64,000 nucleotides of DNA from Chloropicon primus (taxonomy: Eukaryota). A program made the position numbers and the translations under genes. Where the stretch lies: NCBI GenBank assembly GCA_023205875.1, contig CP060766.1:496001-560000 (forward strand), written 5' to 3'. Positions 20,164 through 32,099 of the stretch are shown here, piece after piece (position 1 is the stretch's first letter; each line of letters starts with the position of its first letter). Below the pieces are notes generated by a model that was not told the DNA's origin, did not search any database, and was given only the letters and a program-made list of their open reading frames with translations.

Positions 20164-22983
20164 ATGGCGTCGCTGACACCGGCTTCGGCGCTGATGAGAG
20201 GAAAGGCGGGAGGAGGCCTGAGGGCGGGCGCCTCCCGGGCCATCCGTCGTCCCCTCGGGAGGTCCTACAAACCACCGCCGACGCAGTCCAGCGCACGGCT
20301 TCCCTTTCACCTCCACCTTCAGCAGCACCAACGCCAAGGCCTCGGACCAAGTTCAAGTGCCGGAGGGAGAAGCCTCGCGCAGTGGAGGCGCCTGGCGTCG
20401 CAGAGGGTGGAGGCGGTCGTCCGGACGACGGGCGAGGAGGACGCAACGGAGCTTTCGTCGGAGCCTGGAAAGGAGACCACGGTCCTTCTGGAAGTCTCAG
20501 GCATGCGGTGTGGAGGATGCAGTGCCAACGTGAAGAAGAAGCTCTTGGAGCATCCCAAGGTCTCCAAGGCGAGCGTGAACTTGCTGACGGGTACGGCGGC
20601 GATCACGGTGGAGCTGGTCGACGGTGGGAGCGCCGAGAGCACCGCCATTGAGGTGGCGGAGGCGGTGGAGTCCAAGGGGTTCAAGTGCGCGCTGCGCACC
20701 GGGGAGGCGAGCACTACTGCGGGGGGGGACCAAAGGGAGGAGGAGGAGAGCGACTGGGACGACTTCAGGGGCTTGGCTTTCTCTGCCGGGTTCCTGGCAC
20801 TTTGCTGCGGCCACCACTTGGGCCACGTCTTCCACGCCGCCGGCTTGCACCAATTGGCGGGGTTCTTCGGGGGTCACACGGCGGCCGTGGGAATGGGGAG
20901 CGGGGGCTTCAACCTGTTCGGCAACCGCTTTGTGCAGAGCGCGGCCGCCACGGCGGCTCTCCTCGGCCCCGGGAGGGAGATCATCACGGACGGGTTCAAG
21001 TCTCTGGTGAACGGCGTTCCGAACATGAACACGCTTGTCGGAATCGGCTCGGGCGCCGCACTCGCCATCGGGCTGTCGCAGGCCTTGGGGCTTCCCGCGA
21101 CGGTGGCTTGGGAGGACTCAAGCCACTTGCTCGAGGAGCCCGTGATGCTGCTGTCGGTGATCCTTCTCGGGCGCGTCCTGGAGCGGAGGGCGAAGAAGAG
21201 GGCAACGAGGGAGCTGAGGACGCTCGGATCTCTCGTCCCTCAGACCTCGAGACTCGTGTTCGACCAGAAGGGCTTTGCGAGGAACGAGGAAGACGACGCG
21301 GTGAAGAACATGGCCGCTTGGAACGAGTTCGACACCCTGACTGTGGAAACAAACGACGTGAGGCGGGGGGACATGGTCAAGGTTCTCCCGGGCGAGACCA
21401 TTCCGGTGGACGGGACCATCGTCGCCGGCAAGAGCGCGGTAGACGAGAGCCTCTTGACGGGAGAGTCTGAGCTGGTGGGAAAGGAAGCGGGAAAGGATGT
21501 GATCGCGGGCACGATAAACTACAACGGCTCCCTGATCGTGAGATCAAGATCCTCAGGCGCCGAGTCGACCGTCAAGGCAATGAAGGACTTTGTTGAGACC
21601 GCCCAGGCACGAGATGCTCCGGTCCAGAGGCTCGCGGATTCCATATGCGGGCCTTTCGTGTACCTGATCCTGGGCCTGTCCACCGCGACGTTTGTCTTCT
21701 GGCAGGGCTTTGGGTACACCTTTTTCAAGGACTTTCTGGTGGACTACTCCTACGCGAACATGGAATCCCTCGCGTGGCTCTCTTCGAGCACGAGCGTTGC
21801 CCTCAGGTACGCAGTGAACGTCTTGGTTGTCGCGTGCCCTTGCGCCCTTGGCCTGGCCACCCCAACCTCCGTCCTGGTGGGAACATCCCTTGCCGCCAAG
21901 CAGGGGGTCTTGATCAGGGGTGGAGACGTCCTGGAGGAGCTTGCCAAGGTGGACACCATTGTCGTGGATAAGACGGGAACCGTTACGAAAGGTTGGCCGA
22001 GCGTCTCTGGGGTTGAATCCATCGGGGGCTCTTTGAGCAAGACGGAGCTGATTCATTTGGCCGCCAGCCTCGAGAGGAACTCCTCCGCAAACCACCCCAT
22101 CGCCCGGGGGATCATGGATGCCGCGGAGGGGGGGCAGGGCGGTGGAAGTGTTGCGGTGGAAGACGTGGAGTACGAGGTCGGGGGAGGGGTGAAGGGGAGG
22201 TTGGATGGCAAGATGACTGCGGTGGGGAGCTTGGCTTGGGTCCAAAACTTCGTGGGGACAACCAGCCCAAGCGATTTCTCCGCAGAGGAGGGATCGCTGG
22301 ACGACCAGAGTCGCCACGCCACGCTTGTTTACGTTGCGGTGGAAGGCGAGGGCATCGTGGGAAGGATGTCGCTCGTGGATGCAGTGCGGGAGGACGCCAA
22401 GGACACCTTGGAGAGGCTGGGGAAAGAGGTGTACATGCTCAGCGGAGACAGGCAGAAAACAGTCAGCCTTGTCGCGGAGAGTGTTGGGATTGAGAGCGGC
22501 AAGGCTCTCGGGGGCAAGTCTCCCCTCCAGAAGGCCGAATTCATTGCGAAGCTCAAGCAGGAGGGCAAGAGAGTCGCCATGATTGGGGATGGGGTCAACG
22601 ACGCCCCGGCCCTCGTAACGGCTGACGTTGGAATTGCCGTCGAGTCGGCCGCTGACGCCGCGGCCTCGGCGGCGGACTTGATCTTGCTGTCCTCCAGGGG
22701 ATCCCCGTTCGTGCAGGTGGAGGAGGCAATGGCGATCAGCGACGTGACCTTCCGGAAGATCAAACAGAACCTTGGTTGGGCCCTGGTGTACAACGTTGTG
22801 GCCCTTCCCCTCGCCACGGGGGCCCTGCTCCCGCTTGGCCTCACCCTGGACCCCGCCCTCGCCGGAGCGATGATGGCAGGAAGCAGCCTGACCGTCCTGG
22901 TCAACTCCCTCAGCATCCCCTACGCCTTTTCCGGCGGAAGAGGGGCAGAGGATGAGAAGCTGGGGAAGAGAGTGGAGGCCTAA
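20164..22983 (+). CDS. Chloroplast P1B copper-transporting ATPase (PAA1/PAA2-like)
   Basis: Transit peptide; GMRCGGC metal-binding domain; TGES, CPCALGLATP, DKTGT, HP, GDGVND, YN and M..SS motifs. Confidence 0.93.
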   Translation: MASLTPASALMRGKAGGGLRAGASRAIRRPLGRSYKPPPTQSSARLPFHLHLQQHQRQGLGPSSSAGGRSLAQWRRLASQRVEAVVRTTGEEDATELSSEPGKETTVLLEVSGMRCGGCSANVKKKLLEHPKVSKASVNLLTGTAAITVELVDGGSAESTAIEVAEAVESKGFKCALRTGEASTTAGGDQREEEESDWDDFRGLAFSAGFLALCCGHHLGHVFHAAGLHQLAGFFGGHTAAVGMGSGGFNLFGNRFVQSAAATAALLGPGREIITDGFKSLVNGVPNMNTLVGIGSGAALAIGLSQALGLPATVAWEDSSHLLEEPVMLLSVILLGRVLERRAKKRATRELRTLGSLVPQTSRLVFDQKGFARNEEDDAVKNMAAWNEFDTLTVETNDVRRGDMVKVLPGETIPVDGTIVAGKSAVDESLLTGESELVGKEAGKDVIAGTINYNGSLIVRSRSSGAESTVKAMKDFVETAQARDAPVQRLADSICGPFVYLILGLSTATFVFWQGFGYTFFKDFLVDYSYANMESLAWLSSSTSVALRYAVNVLVVACPCALGLATPTSVLVGTSLAAKQGVLIRGGDVLEELAKVDTIVVDKTGTVTKGWPSVSGVESIGGSLSKTELIHLAASLERNSSANHPIARGIMDAAEGGQGGGSVAVEDVEYEVGGGVKGRLDGKMTAVGSLAWVQNFVGTTSPSDFSAEEGSLDDQSRHATLVYVAVEGEGIVGRMSLVDAVREDAKDTLERLGKEVYMLSGDRQKTVSLVAESVGIESGKALGGKSPLQKAEFIAKLKQEGKRVAMIGDGVNDAPALVTADVGIAVESAADAAASAADLILLSSRGSPFVQVEEAMAISDVTFRKIKQNLGWALVYNVVALPLATGALLPLGLTLDPALAGAMMAGSSLTVLVNSLSIPYAFSGGRGAEDEKLGKRVEA

Positions 22984-23224
22984 GAAGGTGGTTCCCTGCT
23001 TTTTTTTGTGTGTAAATCTTTTTTTGTGTGTGAAATAGTTCAATATAATTTTCAGCTGTAGTTGGTTTAGAAGAAGAGGTCCAAGTCCAAGATCCACCAC
23101 CACCACCATCCATCATCATCCAACCTCCCTCTTCCTCCTCTCCTCTCCTCCCTCACCCTCATAACCGCTCGATGGTCATGAGGATTTTCAAAAACGAAAA
23201 GGCGAGGCGAGCGAGGACGAAGCC

Positions 23225-24984
23225 ATGATGAACCTCTCGGCGGCGAACTTGACCTCGAGGACCCGCGATGGATCGGGGAGGGCGAAGGGCGCCTCCTCCT
23301 GCGGACATCGCGCCAACGCCAGACTCACCTTGCGCGGAAAGAGGCAGATCAACCGCGTGGAAGGAGGAAGGAGACTCGTCAAGTCATCATCTTCATCATC
23401 ATCATCATCATCTGCGTCGGAATTCTGGCTCACAGAGCCCCTCGCGGCCAGGCAGCCAGTCAACCCTGACCCGAGCTTGATCAACGAGGTGAGTGCCGTG
23501 GCGAGCGTTACGTTCTCTCGCGCGCCAAGTCAAAACCCTCGACTGACTTTTTTTTCTTCATGGATTTGGATTGGAAAAAGGACTTCAAACCCACCGAGGA
23601 ATCCAAACGAACTTTCGCAGCTTCGGATGTTGCTGCCTTGTGGATTGGTCTGGTCATCTCCGTACCTGCGTACTACCTCGCGGGAAGCTTGGTGGAGCTC
23701 GGCATGTCGTGGTGGCAAGGAATTTTGACCGTGTTCGTGTCCAACGCGATCGTGCTTGTTCCCATGATTCTGAACGCACACAGTGGCACAAAGTATGGTG
23801 TGCCTTTCCCCGTTCTCACCAGAGCGGCTTTTGGTGTCCGTGGAGCCACAATTGTTGGCGTGCTGAGAGGCCTGGTGGCTTGCGTCTGGTTTGGAATCCA
23901 GACCTGGGTCGGAGGAACCTCTTTGCTTACGTTGTACGAGGCCCTGGTGGGACCCTTCAGCGCCGCGCCCATTGCGTTCCTCGGCGGGATCACCATGCCT
24001 CAGTTCTCTTTTTTCATGATTTTCTGGCTCATCCAGGTCCTTGTCCTCATCAAGGGGATCGAAAGCATCCGAATTGTGGAAAAGTACTCCGCTCCGATCC
24101 TCATTGGACTCTCCACCGCTCTGCTCATCTGGGCCTTTTGGAGAGCGAACGGCATCGGTCCCATGCTGAGCGCAACCTCTCAGTTCGGTCCAGGGGGTGC
24201 CAAGGAAGGGCAGTTCATGAAGGTGTTCTTGCCTTCGGTGACCGCAAACGTCGGCTTCTGGTCCACCTTGTCCCTCAACATCCCGGACTTCACGAGGTAT
24301 GCGAAGAGTCAGAAGGCCCAGCTCACAGGCCAAGCCATTGGCCTGCCGGTCTTCATGGCCCTCTTCTCGTTCTTGGGGGTTGCTGTGACCAGTGCGACGA
24401 CCGTGATCTTCGGCCAGGTCATCTCTGATCCAGTTGAGGTCGTCAGCAGAATCCAAGGGCTCACGCCGACCGTCCTTTCTCTGATCGGATTGATGCTCGC
24501 GACAATCAGCACGAACATCGCGGCCAACGTCGTTGCCCCTGCGAACGCCCTCGTCAATCTTGCCCCAAGGAAGGTGTCCTTCACCAAGGGAGCGTTCATC
24601 ACCGCCTTGCTCGGCATCGTGACTCAGCCTTGGAGGCTGCTCTCTTCCACGGAGGGCTACATCTTCACCTGGCTCATTGGATATTCGGCCTTGCTTGGAC
24701 CGATCGCAGGCATTATCATCGCGGATTACTTCCTCGTGAGGGACAGGACCCTTGACATCGATGCCTTGTACTCCACCAGCGGCAGCTACTGGTACTCGAA
24801 CGGGTACCATTTCAAGGCATTCTTGGCCATGGCAATTGGCGTCCTTCCAAGTCTTCCCGGCTTCATCAACATGGCCATTCCAAGCGTGGCAGTTCCAAAG
24901 TTCTTCCAAACACTGTATTCGTGCGCGTGGTTCGTTGGATTCGGCGTATCTATCTTCGCATACCTGGCTCTGACAAGGGAATGA
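23225..24984 (+). CDS. NCS1 nucleobase:cation symporter (PLUTO-like, plastid); exons 23225-23488 and 23581-24984
   Basis: Intron 23489-23580 gives NEDFKPT; GTKYGVPFPV..RAAFG..G, WFGIQTW, LNIPDFTRY. Confidence 0.9.
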
Positions 24985-25109
24985 GCGAAGTTATTTAATA
25001 TGAACCTCAAGACTCAAAAGTAGATACACACACAATATATACAATACGTTTGAAAGCTTTCACCTTGGTTTGCGCACTTGAAAGATCCTCCTCCTTGGCG
25101 GACGTCGTA

Positions 25110-26359
25110 TCACCCCCGGTCTCCTCGCAGATACTTCGTCCTGACGTCTTTCAGCAGGGTTCCACTGGACGTCTTGGCGCTGAGCCAGCCGTCTATGGCC
25201 ATTCTGTTCGGGGTTATGGTCCGGATGCACTTAATCGCCCAGCCGCTGACAGAAGAGTGCACCTCGCCCGTAGTCTCGCAGTGGAGCGCAGCAGCGTTTT
25301 CTGCCATTCCTTCCCTCATCACGATGCTTGCCATGAAAATGACTGGCGTCTTTACGTCTCTTGATTTGTACTTCATTGACACGACCTCCCCTACTTGCAG
25401 AAGCCCCGCGCCCACAAGGTCCGTAAGCTGTACTCCCCTCCTGACAACTTTGTGCTTCTTATTCAGTTTCAATTTCTTCTTCTTGAGGGACTTCTTCGAT
25501 TTCTTGGCCTTGGCCCTCTCCTTTGCCTTGAGCATCTTCCTCTTCTCCTTCTCCTTGCGCAGCTTCTCCTGCCTGACCCTCTCCTGCTCGGCCCTCCTCG
25601 CTCGTGACACCTTGAGCTGCTCGGGTGATTTCGGATTCCACCACATGTTGTTCACCTGACGGATGACTTCCGTGTCCCTTTGCCCAAGCCTGGACCGGTT
25701 CTCTCGTATCGCATCCCTCATCTTGTCCTTCAAACTCGTCCCCTTGAGGTGGTGCTCACTGACATAAAGGTAACTCACCATGGTGTCTGGCAGCCTCAGC
25801 AAAAACTGGTTCCAAGCATAGTGACTGATTCGAAAGTTCTCTCCCAGGTTCACCGCCCATATATTTCCCTTCCCGAGGACCTTGTCCGTCAACCGATCCA
25901 ATTGCTCGTCATGCATCCCCTTCTCGAAGTTCTGGATGTAGAGGCACTCCACGATGGTGTTGACTGCCAAGGCATCGATGACTTGGTCCATGATCTGACA
26001 CACCAGCAAAGCAAAGCAAAGCAAAGAAGAGGAAGAGAAAGAGGAAGAGGAAGTGTCAGAGCGATGCATGAACATAGATGGACAATGCGCGACCTCACCT
26101 TCGGGCCAACGTCCGACGGCAGGTACCTCTTCAAACGCAGGACCCTCCCATTCACGTCGCCCAACGTGGGATCGGAGGAACTCAAACGATCGATGAAGTT
26201 CCTGAAAGCCGCCGAGTGAGCATACGACGTCCCCGCTTGACGTGATGTCCTCCCTCCCGCTAAGGACGAGTCCTTCTCCACCGGAGGGGCTTGGCACCTC
26301 GCCTCCTTCCCTTCCGGAAGGCAACCGCCTCCTCCTCCGACGGAAACGGACGCCACCAT
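25110..26359 (-). CDS. Protein with LRR-like N-terminal region, Lys-rich linker and C-terminal RAMA-like domain; exons 26359-26099 and 25994-25110
   Basis: An in-frame GT..AG intron joins two ORFs; C-terminus LTDLVGAGLLQVG..MKYK..SSVSGWA..DGW..LKDVR resembles the RAMA domain of MPND. Confidence 0.6.
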
Positions 26360-26411
26360 CTCTCTGCTCTCTGCTCTTTCTGCTCTCTCGGAAGCGGGAA
26401 GCTCAAGCTGA

Positions 26412-26570
26412 TAACGCTCGCCTGATTCGTCGACGCAACACGACGGGGAGAGGGCTTCGTTTGTCGAGGACTTTGCGCGAGGACGGGGACGGCAAAGGGG
26501 AGGAGGTGTTGAAAGAACGGAAGGGCATCTCAAGGGCTTTCGATTGATACCTCGGCTGGAGGTTTTGGCA
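26412..26570 (+). repeat. Copy of dispersed intergenic repeat family
   Basis: 26514-26567 matches the reverse complement of ~60475-60528 at 51/54 nt; looser similarity extends ~100 bp upstream. Confidence 0.85.
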
Positions 26571-26600
26571 AAAAGGAGTTTGATGTTTGTTATTGATTAA

Positions 26601-28385
26601 TCACGAAGATTCTTTACTTTTGAGGAGGAAGTCGACAATACTGATGGTGGAGTTGGAGAAGCAAGCCGCGACCTTGTCCCCTTCTTCGTTCCAGCACACC
26701 TCGAAAATTCCTCCCTCCCCCTTGAAGGTCTTCAAATGGTCTCCAGTCTTCGCGGACCAGATGTGCAAGTTTCGATCAAAACTTCCCGTCGCGAGATAGG
26801 CGCCGCAAGGGGAGAAGGCAACCGAGTAGACAGGATCGCTGTGCCTCTTCAGCGCGTAGAGGCAGGTTCCCTTGTCCATCTCCCATAGACGGATGGTTGC
26901 ATCGAAGGATGCGCTCGCCAGGAGCAAAGGCTTGTTCTCCTGCTTGGGGGACCACTTAATCGTGTAAATCTCCCTCTTGTGCTCCTCGAAGTTGTAAAGA
27001 GGCGTGTCCTCGGTCAGGGTCCACACCTTGGCAGTGTAATCGTCCGAGCAGGACGCCAAGTAGGTCCCGGTCGAGTCCCAGCTGATGGCGTTCACCTCGT
27101 CCGTGTGGGCGGAGAAGGTCTTGATGGGGAGGGTCTCCCCGAGCTTACAGACGTAGATCATGGTGTCCGTGGAGCAGGTGGCAAAGGAGTCGTTCGTCCT
27201 CCAGTCGACGTCCAGCGTCGGCGCGGCGTGGAGGGAGTACTGCTGGAGGATGTTGTTCGCCGCACCAGTGGCCTTGTCGGCCTGCCCGTCGGACCCCTCC
27301 TTCTTACTCAAGCCCACGTCCCAGACTATGGCGGTCTTGTCCACCGACCCGGACAGGAGGTAGTTCCCCTCCTTGTTCCACTTGAGGCTGAAGATCGGCC
27401 CCATGTGCCCGTTCAGGGTCTTCACGAGCTTGCCCGAAGTGTCCCACACCCTGGCCTGCCCGTCGTACGACCCGGTGGCCAGGTACTTGCCATCGGAGCT
27501 CCAGTCCAAGGTGGTCACGTCCCTGGATTTCGTCCCGGCCCCGGCAGAGCCGCTGACAACGCCTCCCTGCCCCCCCATGCTTGGGCTCTCCCCGTCTTTG
27601 AGCGATTTCGAGTCCGCCGTCGTGTGGTTCAGGCACAGAGGCTCCTGGTCCTTCTTGGTCAGATCCCAAATCCTGGCGGTGGAGTCGCCCGAGCCGCTCG
27701 CGAGGAGGGAGGACTGGGGGTTCCACTGGATGATGAATACCTCGCTGGTGTGCCCCCTCAGGGTCGTGACGCCCTCCGGGGGAATCATCGCCTCGGGATC
27801 GTGGTCCTTCTCCTCCGCCTCCGCCCCGCCGTTCTTGCTGTTCACCCCGTTCGAGCCCCCCGCCTTGCCGTCCTCCCGGGGGGAGTCCGTGTCCATGGGT
27901 GCCGGCCCGCCGTTCGCCTTCTTCTCCGCCTTGTCCTTGGAGCCCTGGCTCGCCGTCGTCTTGGACTTCTTGGACTTGGGCTTGGTCTCCCTGTCCCTCT
28001 CCCCTCCATCACCACCGTGCTTCTCCCTGTCCCGATCCTTTTGCTTCTGGGACCTCTCCCTCTGCTCCTTCTTCCTCTGTATCGTCCTCCTCAACTCTCC
28101 CACGTCCTTGGTGAGAAGCTCCTCCGGCTGAAGCAAAGTAAAGTCACTCGGGGTGTTCTCCCCATACTCGCTCTTCCCCTCCGCCGTCAAGTTCGCCTCC
28201 AGCTCCACATACTGCAGACCCTTCTGGATGAACGATATCAATGCACCGGGCGGCACGTCGTTCCCATTGATCTCGCTCTTGTGCACTAGGGACTCGTACC
28301 CAAACGTGAAGGCGGCGTGTTGGAACCCGCTCTCTTGCAGGTACCGGAACACCAAGTAGTTCACCTCGTCGCTTGTGATGGACAT
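26601..28385 (-). CDS. HOS15: LisH plus WD40 co-repressor TBL1/HOS15
   Basis: ITSDEVNYLVFRYLQESGFQHAAFTF, VPPGALISFIQKGLQY, LASGSGDSTARIW, DVTTLDW. Confidence 0.93.
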   Translation of the reverse strand: MSITSDEVNYLVFRYLQESGFQHAAFTFGYESLVHKSEINGNDVPPGALISFIQKGLQYVELEANLTAEGKSEYGENTPSDFTLLQPEELLTKDVGELRRTIQRKKEQRERSQKQKDRDREKHGGDGGERDRETKPKSKKSKTTASQGSKDKAEKKANGGPAPMDTDSPREDGKAGGSNGVNSKNGGAEAEEKDHDPEAMIPPEGVTTLRGHTSEVFIIQWNPQSSLLASGSGDSTARIWDLTKKDQEPLCLNHTTADSKSLKDGESPSMGGQGGVVSGSAGAGTKSRDVTTLDWSSDGKYLATGSYDGQARVWDTSGKLVKTLNGHMGPIFSLKWNKEGNYLLSGSVDKTAIVWDVGLSKKEGSDGQADKATGAANNILQQYSLHAAPTLDVDWRTNDSFATCSTDTMIYVCKLGETLPIKTFSAHTDEVNAISWDSTGTYLASCSDDYTAKVWTLTEDTPLYNFEEHKREIYTIKWSPKQENKPLLLASASFDATIRLWEMDKGTCLYALKRHSDPVYSVAFSPCGAYLATGSFDRNLHIWSAKTGDHLKTFKGEGGIFEVCWNEEGDKVAACFSNSTISIVDFLLKSKESS

Positions 28386-28682
28386 CTTCCCTTTCCCTCA
28401 AAAAAAAAAACCTTGAGTCAGAGGCAAAACACCGACACGGCAAGCTCCTCCTCCTCCTCCTCCTCCTTCCAAAACAAAACACGAAACCAAAATCCCAAGA
28501 GCACCAGGGGGATGCTCGCTCCCTCAGCTCGCTGTTGGAAGAGGGAAGCGGGAACGCACGCTCCTTCTCGTGCCAAGGCAAAGCAAGGCAAGGCGAGAGT
28601 GACGTTTTGAAAATGCGCTAGTGTTGGTTGTTGACGGTTCTCGCTCGTCAGAGTAGCGGAAGAACCAAGGCAAGGGAAGCGG

Positions 28683-28717
<35 letters not shown>

Positions 28718-28997
28718 TCCTCTCGCCGCATTTCTCTCATTTCGTGAAAGACGGTTTATATCGTCTCCCATAGAATGAAAGTACCGTCTTATACAGAACA
28801 CAAATCCGAAGAGAAAACAGTTCTTGCATGTTTATAGTATTTTTGTTTTTCGAGGGAGAGGTTGCTAGCTAACGTCTCTCCATGTATAGCGAGGTAACCC
28901 TAAAAGCCGAGGAGCGGAGGAGCGGAGAGAGTAGCCGGCGTCGTCCAAAGGGGAAGAGAGAGAGAGAGAGAGACGAGCGAGCGAGCGAGAGAGAGAG

Positions 28998-30093
28998 ATG
29001 TTGCGACGGGAGTTGGTGCGTACGTGTTCCAGAGGTTTGTCTGCCTTGAAGGTGGCCGCCGGAGGGAACACGGAAAGCGTCGTCGTCGCTGCTTGTTCGA
29101 AAAACCATGGTGGACACCAAACCATTTTGGGGAACCAAGCCTTGAGAAGTTTTGCTGCTGCTGCGATTACTGCGGAGGACAAGGCCGTCATCGACGCCAT
29201 CAGGACGAACCCGAAGTCCGTCGCGAACAAGTACAAGGGAAGGTCAGTCACTCACTCCGTCAAAAACAAATCAAGTTTCTTTTCGGAAAAAAAAAAAACG
29301 AAAAACGAATTGGGCATTCAGTTTTGAATTCTTTTTTCGTCCCTTTCGTTGCAATGAGTCTTCCGTTTCCTGCTTCTTCGTCCGCCAACTTTATTCCATT
29401 CCATTCCCTGACCTCCGCATTGCATTGCTTTCTTTCTTTCTTTTTATTTGTTATTGATAATGGATACCATTCAATTCAATTCATGGAAACAGGGATTGGT
29501 GGGCCGAGTGCGAGAACAAGTCGGAGGTGTTCGACAACCCTGAGGCTCTTGCGATGGTGGACGAGTACTTTGACTCCCTCTTCGCGGTGTGCGTGTCCGA
29601 GGACGCCAAGAGAGAAGTGAGGAAGCACAGAGCCCACATGATGGGAATGGTCGACGAGTACAGACAGCTGTTCAAGGAGATTGGCAAGAACCCTTACCTG
29701 ACGGCGAGCTGGGAGGTGGACTGGGACAAGATGAGAAAGGACCACCCAGGAAAGATAGCAAAGGACGAGATCGACTTCTTCGAGGCCATGGACAAGAAGC
29801 TCACGCCTTTGCTCGAGGAGCAGAGGAAGGACTTCGTCGCCAACCAGGAGGAGATCTTGTTCCAGCAGCCAGCCTACGTGGCTTACAAGAAGAGAGTCAT
29901 GGAGCAGGTCGCCCCAGGTCTCTTGCAGCTCAAGACCGACTACGACGCCGAGATTAACAAGTGCGAGGAGAAAATCGCCAAGATCGAGGAGGAGCTCGAC
30001 TCGCTGGACTACATCACCATCGAGGAGTGCTTGGAGGGCAACCCTGAGCTCGCCGCCGAGATTGACGCCGAGATCGAGAGGCAGGAGTGGTAA
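28998..30093 (+). CDS. Mitochondrial ATP synthase subunit d-like with N-terminal presequence; exons 28998-29242 and 29493-30093
   Basis: VSEDAKRE, VDWDKMRK and TIEECLEGNPELAAEIDAEIERQEW resemble plant subunit d; Arg-rich presequence; in-frame intron. Confidence 0.7.
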
Positions 30094-30208
30094 GGACGTC
30101 CCAGGGGCGGTATAGAACTATTTTTTTTCACTCTCAGGAAGGAAGTGAAATAATACTACGCACGAAATACACAGCACGTATGTTTCAGTGAAAATACAAA
30201 CAAAAAAT

Positions 30209-31674
30209 TTATATACACTGGTCCAAGAAGGCCAAGATGGCTTGCGCACACTTTCTCCCCCCGTTCGCCTCCCCCACGAAGGAGGGCCTGAGCAAGTCCG
30301 CCCTCTGTATCGCATCCGCCCAATTTCCAGCACAGAAGTCCCCTTGCGAGAGCTCGACGCAAGTGTCGTTCTCCTCCAGAATCCGCCGCAAGTAGCTTTC
30401 CTCCGCAAAGTTTGCTCTGGGCACGAAGATCAGGGGCCTCCTCAGCACCACGCACTCCGAGACGCTGCCGTAGCCTATCTTCCCCAGGACTACGTCGGAA
30501 GCCGTGATGACGTCTGGCATGTAGGCGTCCCGGGGGAGGCGAAAAAACTGTTCTCGGGGGAGCGCGAGGCCGCTCGGCCAGATCCCGTGGGCTATGCCGC
30601 AAACCCACCCGGGGGGCAGGGTTCGGGGGGATCCGTCGGGCTCCCAGCTGACGTCCCCGGAGAGGCCTCCGAAAAGAAGGAGGACGACCTTCTTGTCCTC
30701 TCCGATCCCGAGCTCCCTTCTCACCTCCCCCCTCGTCCTCCTGGCGGGCCTCACCACAAAAGGCATCTCCAGAACCTGGGTCTTGGGCCGGCCGTTCCTG
30801 CCCCCGAAGCGCCCCGCTCCGGGTGGGGGCGGCTTCGGCCAGCTGATTGCCTCGGCCCTGTCAAAAGCAGGCATGGGGTGCGCCCCTGGCAGCCGAAACA
30901 GGAAGGTGGCGCACTCGTAGTCCCGAACGATCCCCTCCACCATGACTCGATACCGTTTCCTGAGCTCCGGCTCCAGGGTCGCGACCTCGGGCATGCTCAG
31001 GTACTCGGCGTAGATGAAGTCCCACGACAGGTTGCTGATGACCGCACTTGGGATACCGCACTCCTTGGCGAGCCTGCACGCCGCGGGCACGGTGTCACTG
31101 CAGACAAAGCTCACCTGAGCAAGAGCAAAAACGGGAATGAGCATCATGAGTACAAAGGCTTCGATGATGGCCTTGGCAAACGAACGAATCGATGAACCAA
31201 CCCATAAGAATGGGACCTCACCTTGTTCTCCCTCAGCCACTCCTTCTCCGCATCCCGTGCCAGGCTCGAGACAAGCTCGTCTGTGCAAACACGAACAGCC
31301 AGAGGTCAGGGGAACAATCATCTTGATCATCATTCTTGCAGCAGCACTTTGAGGCCGGACTTACAGTACGTCTCGAGCGACTCGACAGGCAGGACCTTGA
31401 AGGCGTCCATTTGTACTCCTCCGCAGTCGAGCGGCCTGATCTTCCTATACGCGAACCTCTTTGTCTCCTCCTCCTCTCGGAACTCGTTCCGAAAGATGTG
31501 ACCAGGAAGAGAAGACACGACGATGACCTTGACGTCGCGTTGTTTCGTGGTGAGCAGCTCCCTTGCGACTTGGATAGTCCTCGTGGCGTGCCCGAGGCCG
31601 TGACCCGTGCAGTAGTACGCCACCACAAACCCACCTCTCCCCTCCTCGAGAGGGCACTCACACTCTGGCCCCAT
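30209..31674 (-). CDS. Stand-alone glycosyltransferase-like domain homologous to the L-arabinokinase N-terminus; 3 exons (31674-31365, ~31280-31222, ~31115-30209)
   Basis: AYYCTGHGLGHATR, SNLSWDFIY, YMPDVI.ASD.VLGKIGYGSVSE, FAEE; two GT..AG introns; start codon uncertain. Confidence 0.8.
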
Positions 31675-32099
31675 TCGATCCCAAAAGTCTGGAGCAAGAA
31701 ACAAAAAAAAGGGGAGAAAAGGGGGACGACCAACGACTTGCCATGGCGTCCAGAAAGAGAGAGACATCGGTTGCTCGAGGAGAAGATGAAGACGAGAAAA
31801 AAAAACCATGATGAAAGCTAAGCTGCGGATTGGAAGTACGTGTAGGTCCACGTGTCTGCCTTGTTACACGCGTGCGGGTTCGGCTGCACGCCAATCTTCG
31901 ACGCGTGCAGGTGCAGGCCCGTCTTCCCAGGCTGCGACTCCGATTGCAGGTACCCATTCGCCTCCAGCTTTGCCGCGGGGATTAGGTTTTATAATTATAA
32001 CAAAAGTCTCTCTCTCTCTCTCTCTCTCTCTCCCTCCCTCTCTCTCTCTCTGTGTGTGTGTGTATGCATGTGTGTGTCAGACAGAGTCTAGGAGAAGGA

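Noticed and set aside
21553..23109. Long antisense or alternative-frame ORFs (also 23530-24909, 26979-28289, 44796-46244, 51787-52962 and others)
   Set aside because: Shadows of GC3-rich genuine genes; no independent motifs
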